A stretch of DNA of 29,887 bases from a virus (lineage: Duplodnaviria; Caudoviricetes), in the IMG/VR virus record IMGVR_UViG_3300044527_000530, positions 1 to 29,887 of that record. One strand, 5' to 3'. The notes beneath the pieces were generated by a model. The model saw only the letters and a program-made list of their open reading frames with translations. It was not told the origin of the DNA and did not search any database. Made by a program: the position numbers and the translations under genes. Of this stretch, positions 16,975 to 23,771 are shown piece by piece (position 1 is the stretch's first letter; the number at the start of each line of letters is the position of its first letter).

Positions 16975-17211
16975 ATGCTCACCGATTCAGAATTCCTAGA
17001 CGACCGCGACATACCTCGCGACTGCGAGCACGGCACGCTGGCCAAGCAGTGCGAACTGTGCGAGTGCAAGAAAGAGCTTGCCGCCGTTAATGCACGGCTT
17101 GAACGTGCCATGAAGGTTGTTGAAGCCGCGGAGGCAGCAATGTGCATAGAGTTTCCGAAACCACTGCGCGATGCGATGCAACGATGGTGGGATGAGGAGG
17201 CCGGACGATGA
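16975..17211 (+). CDS. Hypothetical protein (CEHG...CELC), 78 aa
   Basis: AGGAG RBS before the ATG at 16975. Confidence 0.75.
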   Translation: MLTDSEFLDDRDIPRDCEHGTLAKQCELCECKKELAAVNARLERAMKVVEAAEAAMCIEFPKPLRDAMQRWWDEEAGR

Positions 17212-17516
17212 GCGAAGATACCTTTGTTTTACCGGACGGCAGTGCGTTTTCTGTTGGGTCGCTGCCTTTGCCGCAAAATCACTGGCTGTTCGCGCCGCAT
17301 GGTGAGTGGGACAACGAGCGAGACGAGTACGCCGAGTGCCCGCGCCCGATTCTGACTCACGCTCTACGCGAGCAGATAGTCGCAGCCGCGCGCTACGCGA
17401 TTCGAGGCGCAACGATGCGCGGTGAGCTTACAGACTTTGATCCGGATGCCCTAGTGCAGATGATGGTGTATGCACTATGCGGGCCGTATGGAACTGCCAC
17501 GGGAGCCGGACGATGA
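17208..17516 (+). CDS. Hypothetical protein
   Basis: GAGGAGG RBS and ATGA overlaps. Confidence 0.8.
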   Translation: MSEDTFVLPDGSAFSVGSLPLPQNHWLFAPHGEWDNERDEYAECPRPILTHALREQIVAAARYAIRGATMRGELTDFDPDALVQMMVYALCGPYGTATGAGR

Positions 17517-18289
17517 GCCTAGAGGAAGCTGCACGGTCGCTGTTGAACGATCACGACAGCAACGTCGCTGATCTTGAATCGATAGGGAGGCGCGTAACTC
17601 GATGGCCCGAGATGGAAGCCCTCCGCGCCGCGCTGGCCGTGGCGGACACGCCTACCCCCAACCCGTGGAAAGACGAAGTGATCGAGAAACTTGTCATCTC
17701 GCACATCTACAAGGCGGAGCACGAGAACGACCCTGCCAAAGCTTTGCACGATCTGCTTTCGTGGGAAGTGGCTATCGCCCTAGATCCGCAAGTTTCGTCC
17801 GACGCCCAAGCCCTGATCGACCGCGGCAGGAATGAGGCGCAGGAAGATGCGGAGCCGGTGGCGTGGGCCATTAGTTATGACGGCAAAACTCCGTATTCAC
17901 TCTATGAGTATGGCGACTGCGCCTTGCTTGATCTTGAAGTGAAAAGGATTGGCGGCACCGCGTGCAAGATGCCCCTCTACCTCCACCCGCCCCGCCGCGA
18001 GTCCGAATCGGAGCCGGTGGCGTGGCATATCTGCGACAACATTGGGGCACTAGTCACAGCCGACAGAAAAGAGGCGAGTGCGGCTCGTGAGTGTGGACAC
18101 ACAGTGAGGCAGTTAGTGTTTAGAGAGCCCCGCCGCGAGTCGGCAGAGTCGGCAGAGTTGAGCGATGACACTCTGGTCTCACTTTGGAACGCAGCAAAAG
18201 CGTCAACGCTGGTAAACACATGGCACAACGACCAGCACAAGATCGCGGAACTACGCGCCGTCCTGCGCGCGGCAGGGGGGGAAGAATGA
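17513..18289 (+). CDS. Mosaic Ea/ead-region-type hypothetical protein with repeated EPVAW modules
   Basis: Two EPVAW...PRRES units; ATGA-coupled start at 17513. Confidence 0.75.
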   Translation: MSLEEAARSLLNDHDSNVADLESIGRRVTRWPEMEALRAALAVADTPTPNPWKDEVIEKLVISHIYKAEHENDPAKALHDLLSWEVAIALDPQVSSDAQALIDRGRNEAQEDAEPVAWAISYDGKTPYSLYEYGDCALLDLEVKRIGGTACKMPLYLHPPRRESESEPVAWHICDNIGALVTADRKEASAARECGHTVRQLVFREPRRESAESAELSDDTLVSLWNAAKASTLVNTWHNDQHKIAELRAVLRAAGGEE

Positions 18290-18474
18290 GCGACGAAGAA
18301 ACCGTTACCAGCCTGTGCGGCATTCACGTTGGCATGCTGACCCGAGAAGAAAAGGAAGCATTCGAGAACTGCTGCAAGTCTGGCTTTGCGTTCCGAGAGT
18401 ACAAGTCCGACTGCGCTTACCTTATGGGCATTGCTTCGGTCGGAGTAAGAGCGGCAGGGGAGGGGAAGGGATGA
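18286..18474 (+). CDS. Hypothetical protein, 62 aa
   Basis: Start MSDEETV with an ATGA overlap. Confidence 0.7.
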   Translation: MSDEETVTSLCGIHVGMLTREEKEAFENCCKSGFAFREYKSDCAYLMGIASVGVRAAGEGKG

Positions 18475-18533
18475 GCGAGATGCGCTATCAATGTACTCCG
18501 GCGAGCGAACCGCCTAGCGGAGAGGGGAAATGA
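18471..18533 (+). pseudogene. 20-codon mini-ORF, probably an internally deleted gene remnant
   Basis: MSEMRYQCTPASEPPSGEGK, coupled at both ends; shares the GEGK ending with the previous ORF. Confidence 0.4.
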
Positions 18534-18754
18534 AAGACTGCACGCACTGCAAACATGCAGCATGGCTGCGCACGAAGTCGGGCGCGCTTCATCCGAGCGG
18601 CGACGGAAAGTGTATGTGGGACTGGAAGCCGCCGAAATTGCCGGCGTCGATGATGTTCATTAACAAGCCACAGCCTAGCGGCGGGTTTATCAATCGGCGC
18701 CAGGAACTCCCGACCGACTGCGTTTACTTTGCGCGCGTGGAGCGGGAGAAATGA
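18530..18754 (+). CDS. Hypothetical Cys-rich protein
   Basis: CTHCKHA...C...C; coupled overlaps. Confidence 0.75.
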   Translation: MKDCTHCKHAAWLRTKSGALHPSGDGKCMWDWKPPKLPASMMFINKPQPSGGFINRRQELPTDCVYFARVEREK

Positions 18755-18981
18755 CCTACTCCCTCCGCGTCACCGCCTGGGCATACGGCCCATCAAGCGA
18801 GCCGCTTTATTCCGAGATGCAGACTGTCATTGAGATTGTCACCGAGGCTGCGGGCGAGTTCGTCGAAGTCTCTCAGCACGGGCATACCGACCTCGGGAAG
18901 ATTCAGATCAGCCCGGACGAATGGCCAGGGCTTAGGGATGCTATCGAGCACGCGGTGGCGCTGTGTAGGGGGGAAGAGTGA
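18751..18981 (+). CDS. Hypothetical protein
   Basis: Coupled overlaps; IQISPDEWPGLRDAIE. Confidence 0.8.
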   Translation: MTYSLRVTAWAYGPSSEPLYSEMQTVIEIVTEAAGEFVEVSQHGHTDLGKIQISPDEWPGLRDAIEHAVALCRGEE

Positions 18982-19346
18982 CCCTTCCGCCCTGCCTCCT
19001 GCCTGACGAGTTGCAGGCACTGACCGGGCGCAAGCGACCGTCCGCACAGGCGCGCGTCTTGACCGCGCTCGGAGTCCGCTACACTGTCCGACCGGATGGA
19101 ACGATTGTCGTCTATCGAGCAGATTGCCATGCCGAAACGAGACTTGCCGAAGTGCATGCACCTGAAGCACGGCGCGTATTACCTCGTGCGCAAAAACAAG
19201 TGGGAGTATCTGAGTCCAGACCGAGCAGAAGCCTACCGCCTGTACGCACAGAAGATGCGCCCGGCAGCGAACGCACTGGAGCAGCTAGTGCGCGACGCAA
19301 TCGCCGCGCGCCCGCGCTTGCGCTCGTCGACACGGAAACAGTATGA
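18978..19346 (+). CDS. DUF4224-family putative excisionase
   Basis: LLPDELQALTGRKRPSAQARVLTALGVRYTVRPDGTIVV fits DUF4224; immediately upstream of and overlapping int. Confidence 0.75.
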   Translation: MTLPPCLLPDELQALTGRKRPSAQARVLTALGVRYTVRPDGTIVVYRADCHAETRLAEVHAPEARRVLPRAQKQVGVSESRPSRSLPPVRTEDAPGSERTGAASARRNRRAPALALVDTETV

Positions 19347-20091
19347 GACTGCCGCCCGGCACATCGTGCACGGCCTGCAAATGTTCGAGCCGCACGAGAT
19401 CCTGCCGCGGCACGTAGCCGAGTTCCGGCAGACGCTGGCCGACGTGCCGAACATGGCAAATCGCTGCTTGTCTGTCCTGCGGCTGGTCATGGACTACGCA
19501 CTCGAGCGGCAGATGATCGACGCTAACCCCGTCATCGGCCTGCCCCGCTTTCGCGAGACGAAGCGCCCGCGGCTACTGAGCCCGCAGGAGTATCGCGCTA
19601 TCTACGCCCACGCAGCGCCCCGCCTCCAGTGCATCATGGACCTGTGCTACCTGACTGGGCAGAGAATCACGGACGTGCTATCCATCCGCCGCTCGCAGTT
19701 GCGGGACGGTGGCATCGAGTTCGTGCAGCAGAAAACGGGCGCCAGGCTGCTTGTGCGCTCGCCTGGGCTTGCCGAAGTGATCGAACGGGCGAAGGCCCTG
19801 CACGGTGCCGTAGCGCCGCTTACGCTGTTCCGTAGCCGCTTCGGTGGCGCTCCGCACTATCGGACGATCCGTGACCAGTGGGAAGCCGCTTGCGCTGCCG
19901 CTGGCGTGGAGGATGCCCATCTGCACGACCTGCGAGCGATGAGCCTCACGCATGCCAAGGCACAGGGCTTGAACGCCACGGCACTGGCCGGGCATACGTC
20001 CGAGGCAATGACAGCCCGATACCTGCGGAGCAAGGAGGTTCCGGAAGTGTCCGGGCCGGACTTGTCTAAGATTGCTTCTCGCCGATCTTAG
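19129..20091 (+). CDS. int: Tyrosine integrase
   Basis: LTGQRITD (R), QQKTG (K), HLHDLR (HxxR), LAGH and TARY catalytic motifs. Confidence 0.95.
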   Translation: MPKRDLPKCMHLKHGAYYLVRKNKWEYLSPDRAEAYRLYAQKMRPAANALEQLVRDAIAARPRLRSSTRKQYETAARHIVHGLQMFEPHEILPRHVAEFRQTLADVPNMANRCLSVLRLVMDYALERQMIDANPVIGLPRFRETKRPRLLSPQEYRAIYAHAAPRLQCIMDLCYLTGQRITDVLSIRRSQLRDGGIEFVQQKTGARLLVRSPGLAEVIERAKALHGAVAPLTLFRSRFGGAPHYRTIRDQWEAACAAAGVEDAHLHDLRAMSLTHAKAQGLNATALAGHTSEAMTARYLRSKEVPEVSGPDLSKIASRRS

Positions 20092-20270
20092 ACACTAGAC
20101 GCGAGCGCCCTTCACATCAACGGGTTACAGCACACACCTTTGATGCAGCATCATGAGTTGTTTGCGCCGCAATCGATTGATGCGACAAGGCAATTCAGGG
20201 AATTGCGTCTAAGACGTTTCGGCTGTTTTGAAGTGGAACGAGCGGATAGGCAGAATTGCCGATAGACGCT
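20063..20270. other. attP: mutS-like core, Int arm-type repeats and IHF-like sites
   Basis: Core CACACACCTTTGATGCAGCA (20131-50); repeats TGTCTAAGAT (20063-72), ATCTTAGACA (20085-94), CGTCTAAGAC (20206-15) and TAGACGC twice; ATCAAnnnnTTR at 20116-27 (+) and 20181-70 (-). Confidence 0.8.
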
Positions 20271-20302
20271 ACCGCATCCCCGCGCACTGCCTCAACGGAG
20301 GA

Positions 20303-20560
20303 ATGATGGCAAACAATCGGCTTTATCTCAAAGACACTGAAAGCGGCGAACAGATTTTAGTCGCTAAATCATTTGGAGACGGCTGGACGTGGCGCGCGTC
20401 GGAGAATGAGTTGATTCAATGGCTACGCGAGCGCGATATGGGTGCGTCGTATGGAAATACAGACGACAAGCCGACCAGGCTGAAGCTGGAAACGGAAAAT
20501 GAGCAATGGTCTACCGAAGCGCCGCGCACTGCCTCAGTTCCGCCTGACAAGGAGCCATGA
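20303..20560 (+). CDS. Hypothetical protein (att-proximal accessory)
   Basis: GGAGGA RBS before MMANNRLYL. Confidence 0.75.
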   Translation: MMANNRLYLKDTESGEQILVAKSFGDGWTWRASENELIQWLRERDMGASYGNTDDKPTRLKLETENEQWSTEAPRTASVPPDKEP

Positions 20561-20856
20561 TGGATATCTATGCCTTCCCGCTTTCGCCTGCCGACATCCT
20601 GCGCGTTGAGAGCATCGACGAGAAGATAGACCGACTGGCGAACGAAGCCTTGCAAGAAATACGGCAGATGGCAGACGCTGCTCGGCGAGAGTTTGCGCCG
20701 GTAAAAGGACAGATGCACTACCCGACCGCAGAGCAGGCGGTTATTAACGTCATGAACGCAATGCGAAACGGCCACCGGCTACCGAATACCGGCACACTGT
20801 CGCAACTCGGCCTGACACAGCGCCAAGGTCTGCTCAATTCTTTCCGCGGTTTCTAA
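20557..20856 (+). CDS. Hypothetical protein (att-proximal accessory)
   Basis: AAGGAG RBS and ATGA overlap; the 3' end overlaps Rz convergently. Confidence 0.65.
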   Translation: MMDIYAFPLSPADILRVESIDEKIDRLANEALQEIRQMADAARREFAPVKGQMHYPTAEQAVINVMNAMRNGHRLPNTGTLSQLGLTQRQGLLNSFRGF

Positions 20857-21240
20857 CGCTCCGACGACGGCCGGGAGTAAGTCTCGATCACCCGCTCCGC
20901 TAGAGGCTTCCAGCCCGTGCCCTGGATCGGCGCTAGGGCTTCCGAGCTCGGGACAAACCGCGGGCACTCGGCTACGGCTTTCGGAGCGGAGGCGCACCCA
21001 GGCAGACTCAGAAGCATCGCGAGTACGGCGCCAGTTATCCACGTATGCCTGTTGCGCACTTGCCACCTCCGTTTCTAGTTGCCGATACCGCGCGTCCGTA
21101 GCAGTTGCCACAGCCTGCACGGCTGCTAGTTCGCGGAGCGGCCCTTCTCTGCCCTTGCTGTAGCCGTGCCACCAGAGCGCAGCGGCAAGGGTTACCGCCG
21201 CGCCGATGCGCCACAATGCGGCGTTAGTTGGTAGAATCAC
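20779..21240 (-). CDS. Rz: i-spanin (Rz-like)
   Basis: N-terminal TM helix, coiled coil and C-terminal cysteines; follows the holin. Confidence 0.8.
   Translation of the reverse strand: MILPTNAALWRIGAAVTLAAALWWHGYSKGREGPLRELAAVQAVATATDARYRQLETEVASAQQAYVDNWRRTRDASESAWVRLRSESRSRVPAVCPELGSPSADPGHGLEASSGAGDRDLLPAVVGALETAERIEQTLALCQAELRQCAGIR
20853..21059 (-). CDS. Rz1: o-spanin lipoprotein embedded in Rz
   Basis: GGAGG RBS, signal peptide with LPGC lipobox, Pro-rich, in an alternative frame wholly inside Rz. Confidence 0.8.
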   Translation of the reverse strand: MRNRHTWITGAVLAMLLSLPGCASAPKAVAECPRFVPSSEALAPIQGTGWKPLAERVIETYSRPSSER

Positions 21241-21243
21241 GGC

Positions 21244-21403
21244 GTGACGGCAGCACGGAATGCACCCGTGCCCCTAAAAAGCTAAGCAGCCAAGGGGTTT
21301 CCGGTTCCGAGAGCATGGCCTCCATACTATTGGCACGTATGGGGGTGCGACGGCTTGCCACCGTTGGAAAGGAAAGCCGGAGTAGCGCCCGGCCCGTCAC
21401 CCT
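21244..21403 (+). ncRNA. tRNA-like structured RNA, copy 2 (antisense to the lysis operon)
   Basis: 7-bp GUGACGG/CCGUCAC stem; GCACG/CGUGC arm; internal hairpins with plus-strand G-U pairs; GCCGG-8nt-CCGGC arm abutting the 3' strand. Confidence 0.7.
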
Positions 21404-21591
21404 TCCACCTTCGGCGCCTTGACCTTCTGAGTCGTGTTGCCGGCGATGTACGCGCCCACGGTGCCCACGACCACCAGTGCATACGTGCTGCCTGCCGCGT
21501 CGAGCTTGCCCGTGTATTGCAGCAGGGACGTAACCGCCCCGCATCCGAGCGTGAGCAGAAACCGCCGACCGCCGCAGGTTTCGAGATTCAT
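21397..21591 (-). CDS. Holin (2 TM), 64 aa
   Basis: GGRRFLLTL...[13 protein letters not shown]; ATGA-coupled to the endolysin. Confidence 0.75.
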   Translation of the reverse strand: MNLETCGGRRFLLTLGCGAVTSLLQYTGKLDAAGSTYALVVVGTVGAYIAGNTTQKVKAPKVEG

Positions 21592-22220
21592 CGCACCCGC
21601 CTCCCAAGCACTAACCTGCATTTCCTGAGCGCCGCAACTCGCTCCGTCATGCCAATCGTTCCGCCGTTGACCGCCCGCGTCGCGCCGTCGAAGTCGTTAG
21701 CGTCCGCCAACGCATTGCAGCCCGCCTGCGCCCAATACCAGCCGGCAGACAAGGCAGCTAGTTCCGGGTCGAGCAGCATGTCGGGCCGTTCCTCAAGCGG
21801 CTGCGCTAGGCCGATCCCACAGCGCCCGTACATGCTGCGCCCCGTGATCTGTATCAGACCTCTTCCCCTGTACCGCCAGGCATCCCCGCTACCCTCCGGG
21901 CCGTTACCCATCCTGCCGCCGTAGACACGCTCCGCAAGCCGCTCCGGGTTACGGGCAAACGGTGCTGCTGATGCGATGCTAGGGAATCGTCTCGGCCACA
22001 CTTGGCAAAGCCGCTCGGCGGTGTAGTTGAGCGATTCCTCGAGGCGCGTGAAGTCGAAAGACTCGTGAAGCAGCGTCGCTGTCCACATGCACATCCGATG
22101 CTCGCTGTCGTTGACTTCGTATATCGGCATCGTCTGCGCAAGCATCTTTGCCCAATACTCATCATCCGTGCACCGTGGCGCGATGATGGCAATCTCGCGG
22201 GCGTCCCAGGGGCGGATCAT
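21588..22220 (-). CDS. Endolysin, glycoside hydrolase family 19
   Basis: [34 protein letters not shown] and TRAVNGG motifs. Confidence 0.93.
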   Translation of the reverse strand: MIRPWDAREIAIIAPRCTDDEYWAKMLAQTMPIYEVNDSEHRMCMWTATLLHESFDFTRLEESLNYTAERLCQVWPRRFPSIASAAPFARNPERLAERVYGGRMGNGPEGSGDAWRYRGRGLIQITGRSMYGRCGIGLAQPLEERPDMLLDPELAALSAGWYWAQAGCNALADANDFDGATRAVNGGTIGMTERVAALRKCRLVLGRRVR

Positions 22221-23074
22221 TCGCGTTTAATGTTCCGGCTAACTTCGCGTTCAAGCAGTTCAGCGGATGCCTTGTCGCCGGCTTCCTTGAAAAAGTCTGC
22301 GACTCGGTCATCCCCGCTTCCGATGAGTTCGTCAAAACTCATATTCTTTGCAGCTAAACCGTTTTCCATTGCAGTCGGATCAACGTACTTCACCGGCACA
22401 TCGATCCCCGCTTTTCTGGCCGCTGCAATTCTGTGAGACCCGTTCAGCGCCCAAACGCCGCCGCTCCCATCTTCCCAAACCAGCAAAGGATCGCCCTTCC
22501 ATCCTTCGGCGCTCATGCTTTTCGTAATGCGCTCAAACTTGTTCTTATCCTGCACGCTGTGAATTTCAACAATACGACGCGGGTCCAGCGTTTCGTCTGC
22601 ATTCATGGCGTTCCCCTTCGGAATGATGTTTGTTTTACCGCCAATCGCGGCGACGTAATCATCCAACATTCCGGGGGCTTTTTGTTGTGCCGTCCTCAGC
22701 AAAGACGCCAGCGTCTGCGGTGCAACCTTCATCATGGCGGGGGGGGACATGAGCGCACCCGCAAGACGGCCGGCGTATTCGCTCTTGCTGCCCGTCATCT
22801 GCGGTTGATTCGGCAGCCGGTTGTATATCCAGTCGCTAGAGCCGACCGCCCGCGCGTTGTCGATCAGTTCCGGAGGCTGGTCGATCAATCCGGCTTTGTG
22901 CGCTGCAAAGCCGCCGCCTGCAATCAGCAAATTAACAAGAGTGTTTGCCATGTCCACAGGAGCGCCGAGCATCCCGGACACTGCCTCTCGGTTGTACCCG
23001 CGCACCAGATCACGCAGCATCTGCGTGCCCTTGGGTTTCTGCTGCGGTACAACCAAGTCCATCAGCGTAGCCAT
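22217..23074 (-). CDS. Ejection-protein-like N-terminus fused to a ParB/Sulfiredoxin-like domain
   Basis: C-terminal ITKSMSAEGWKGDPLLV...LNGSHRIAAARKAG; N-terminal Gly/Ala-rich GAPVD...GSSDW region. Confidence 0.7.
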   Translation of the reverse strand: MATLMDLVVPQQKPKGTQMLRDLVRGYNREAVSGMLGAPVDMANTLVNLLIAGGGFAAHKAGLIDQPPELIDNARAVGSSDWIYNRLPNQPQMTGSKSEYAGRLAGALMSPPAMMKVAPQTLASLLRTAQQKAPGMLDDYVAAIGGKTNIIPKGNAMNADETLDPRRIVEIHSVQDKNKFERITKSMSAEGWKGDPLLVWEDGSGGVWALNGSHRIAAARKAGIDVPVKYVDPTAMENGLAAKNMSFDELIGSGDDRVADFFKEAGDKASAELLEREVSRNIKRE

Positions 23075-23350
23075 TTACGCTTCCTCCTTCTGCGCCATCA
23101 TCTGCAGCGTCTCGACCGTTGCCGGCACGGCAAGCAAGCGCACAAAGTTTCGGATCACATGGGGCGCCCTGTCGCCGTATCGCTCGCACAGCGCGTCTAT
23201 CACGTCATACACTTCGATGCAGTCGCACAAACCGCACGCATCGTCGTACCCGATCCGCAGATCGTTCCAAGCATGCACAAGCGGCTCCCCGTTGCTGTCC
23301 GCATCCCTGGCAATCTCGGCAAGTGCTTTGCGAACTCGCTCGCTTACCAT
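23075..23350 (-). CDS. Hypothetical protein
   Basis: 91 aa; abuts the next gene and carries its GGAGG RBS. Confidence 0.65.
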   Translation of the reverse strand: MVSERVRKALAEIARDADSNGEPLVHAWNDLRIGYDDACGLCDCIEVYDVIDALCERYGDRAPHVIRNFVRLLAVPATVETLQMMAQKEEA

Positions 23351-23421
23351 CGATCAATCCACCAGAGCATCACTAGCGCAACCGCTATCGGAACGATTAG
23401 CGATAGCGCCAGGGTCATCAT
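23344..23421 (-). CDS. 25-aa single-TM peptide (not in the ORF track)
   Basis: MMTLALSLIVPIAVALVMLWWIDRW; ATGA overlap; fills the gap exactly. Confidence 0.55.
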   Translation of the reverse strand: MMTLALSLIVPIAVALVMLWWIDRW

Positions 23422-23771
23422 CTGCGATGCCGTAGAACGTCAACGAACGATTCCCACGAGGACCAGACGACGAACGACAGCATGCCGAACAAGCCCCATT
23501 TGATGACCGCCGTCGTGATGCTGCGTCGCCGTTCCTGCCACACTTTCTCTTCTTCAATCGCTCGCGATAGATACGGCTCGAACTTCGTCTTGAACTCCTC
23601 CACGCCGCGACTCATACACGCCACGTCGCGGATAAGTGCGCGCTTCTCTTTCGCCAACTGCTCGACCTCACTGCGGAGCTTGTGCAGTTCATCCGTGTTT
23701 TGGCTAATCGTCTTGATTAGTTCAAGGATGAGCGGCTGCGTGATCGTGGTCCGAGTCTGTTCGGCAGTCAT
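23418..23771 (-). CDS. Coiled-coil protein with a C-terminal TM helix
   Basis: Heptads followed by AVIKWGLFGMLSFVVWSSW; coupled to the tail fibre. Confidence 0.75.
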   Translation of the reverse strand: MTAEQTRTTITQPLILELIKTISQNTDELHKLRSEVEQLAKEKRALIRDVACMSRGVEEFKTKFEPYLSRAIEEEKVWQERRRSITTAVIKWGLFGMLSFVVWSSWESFVDVLRHRR

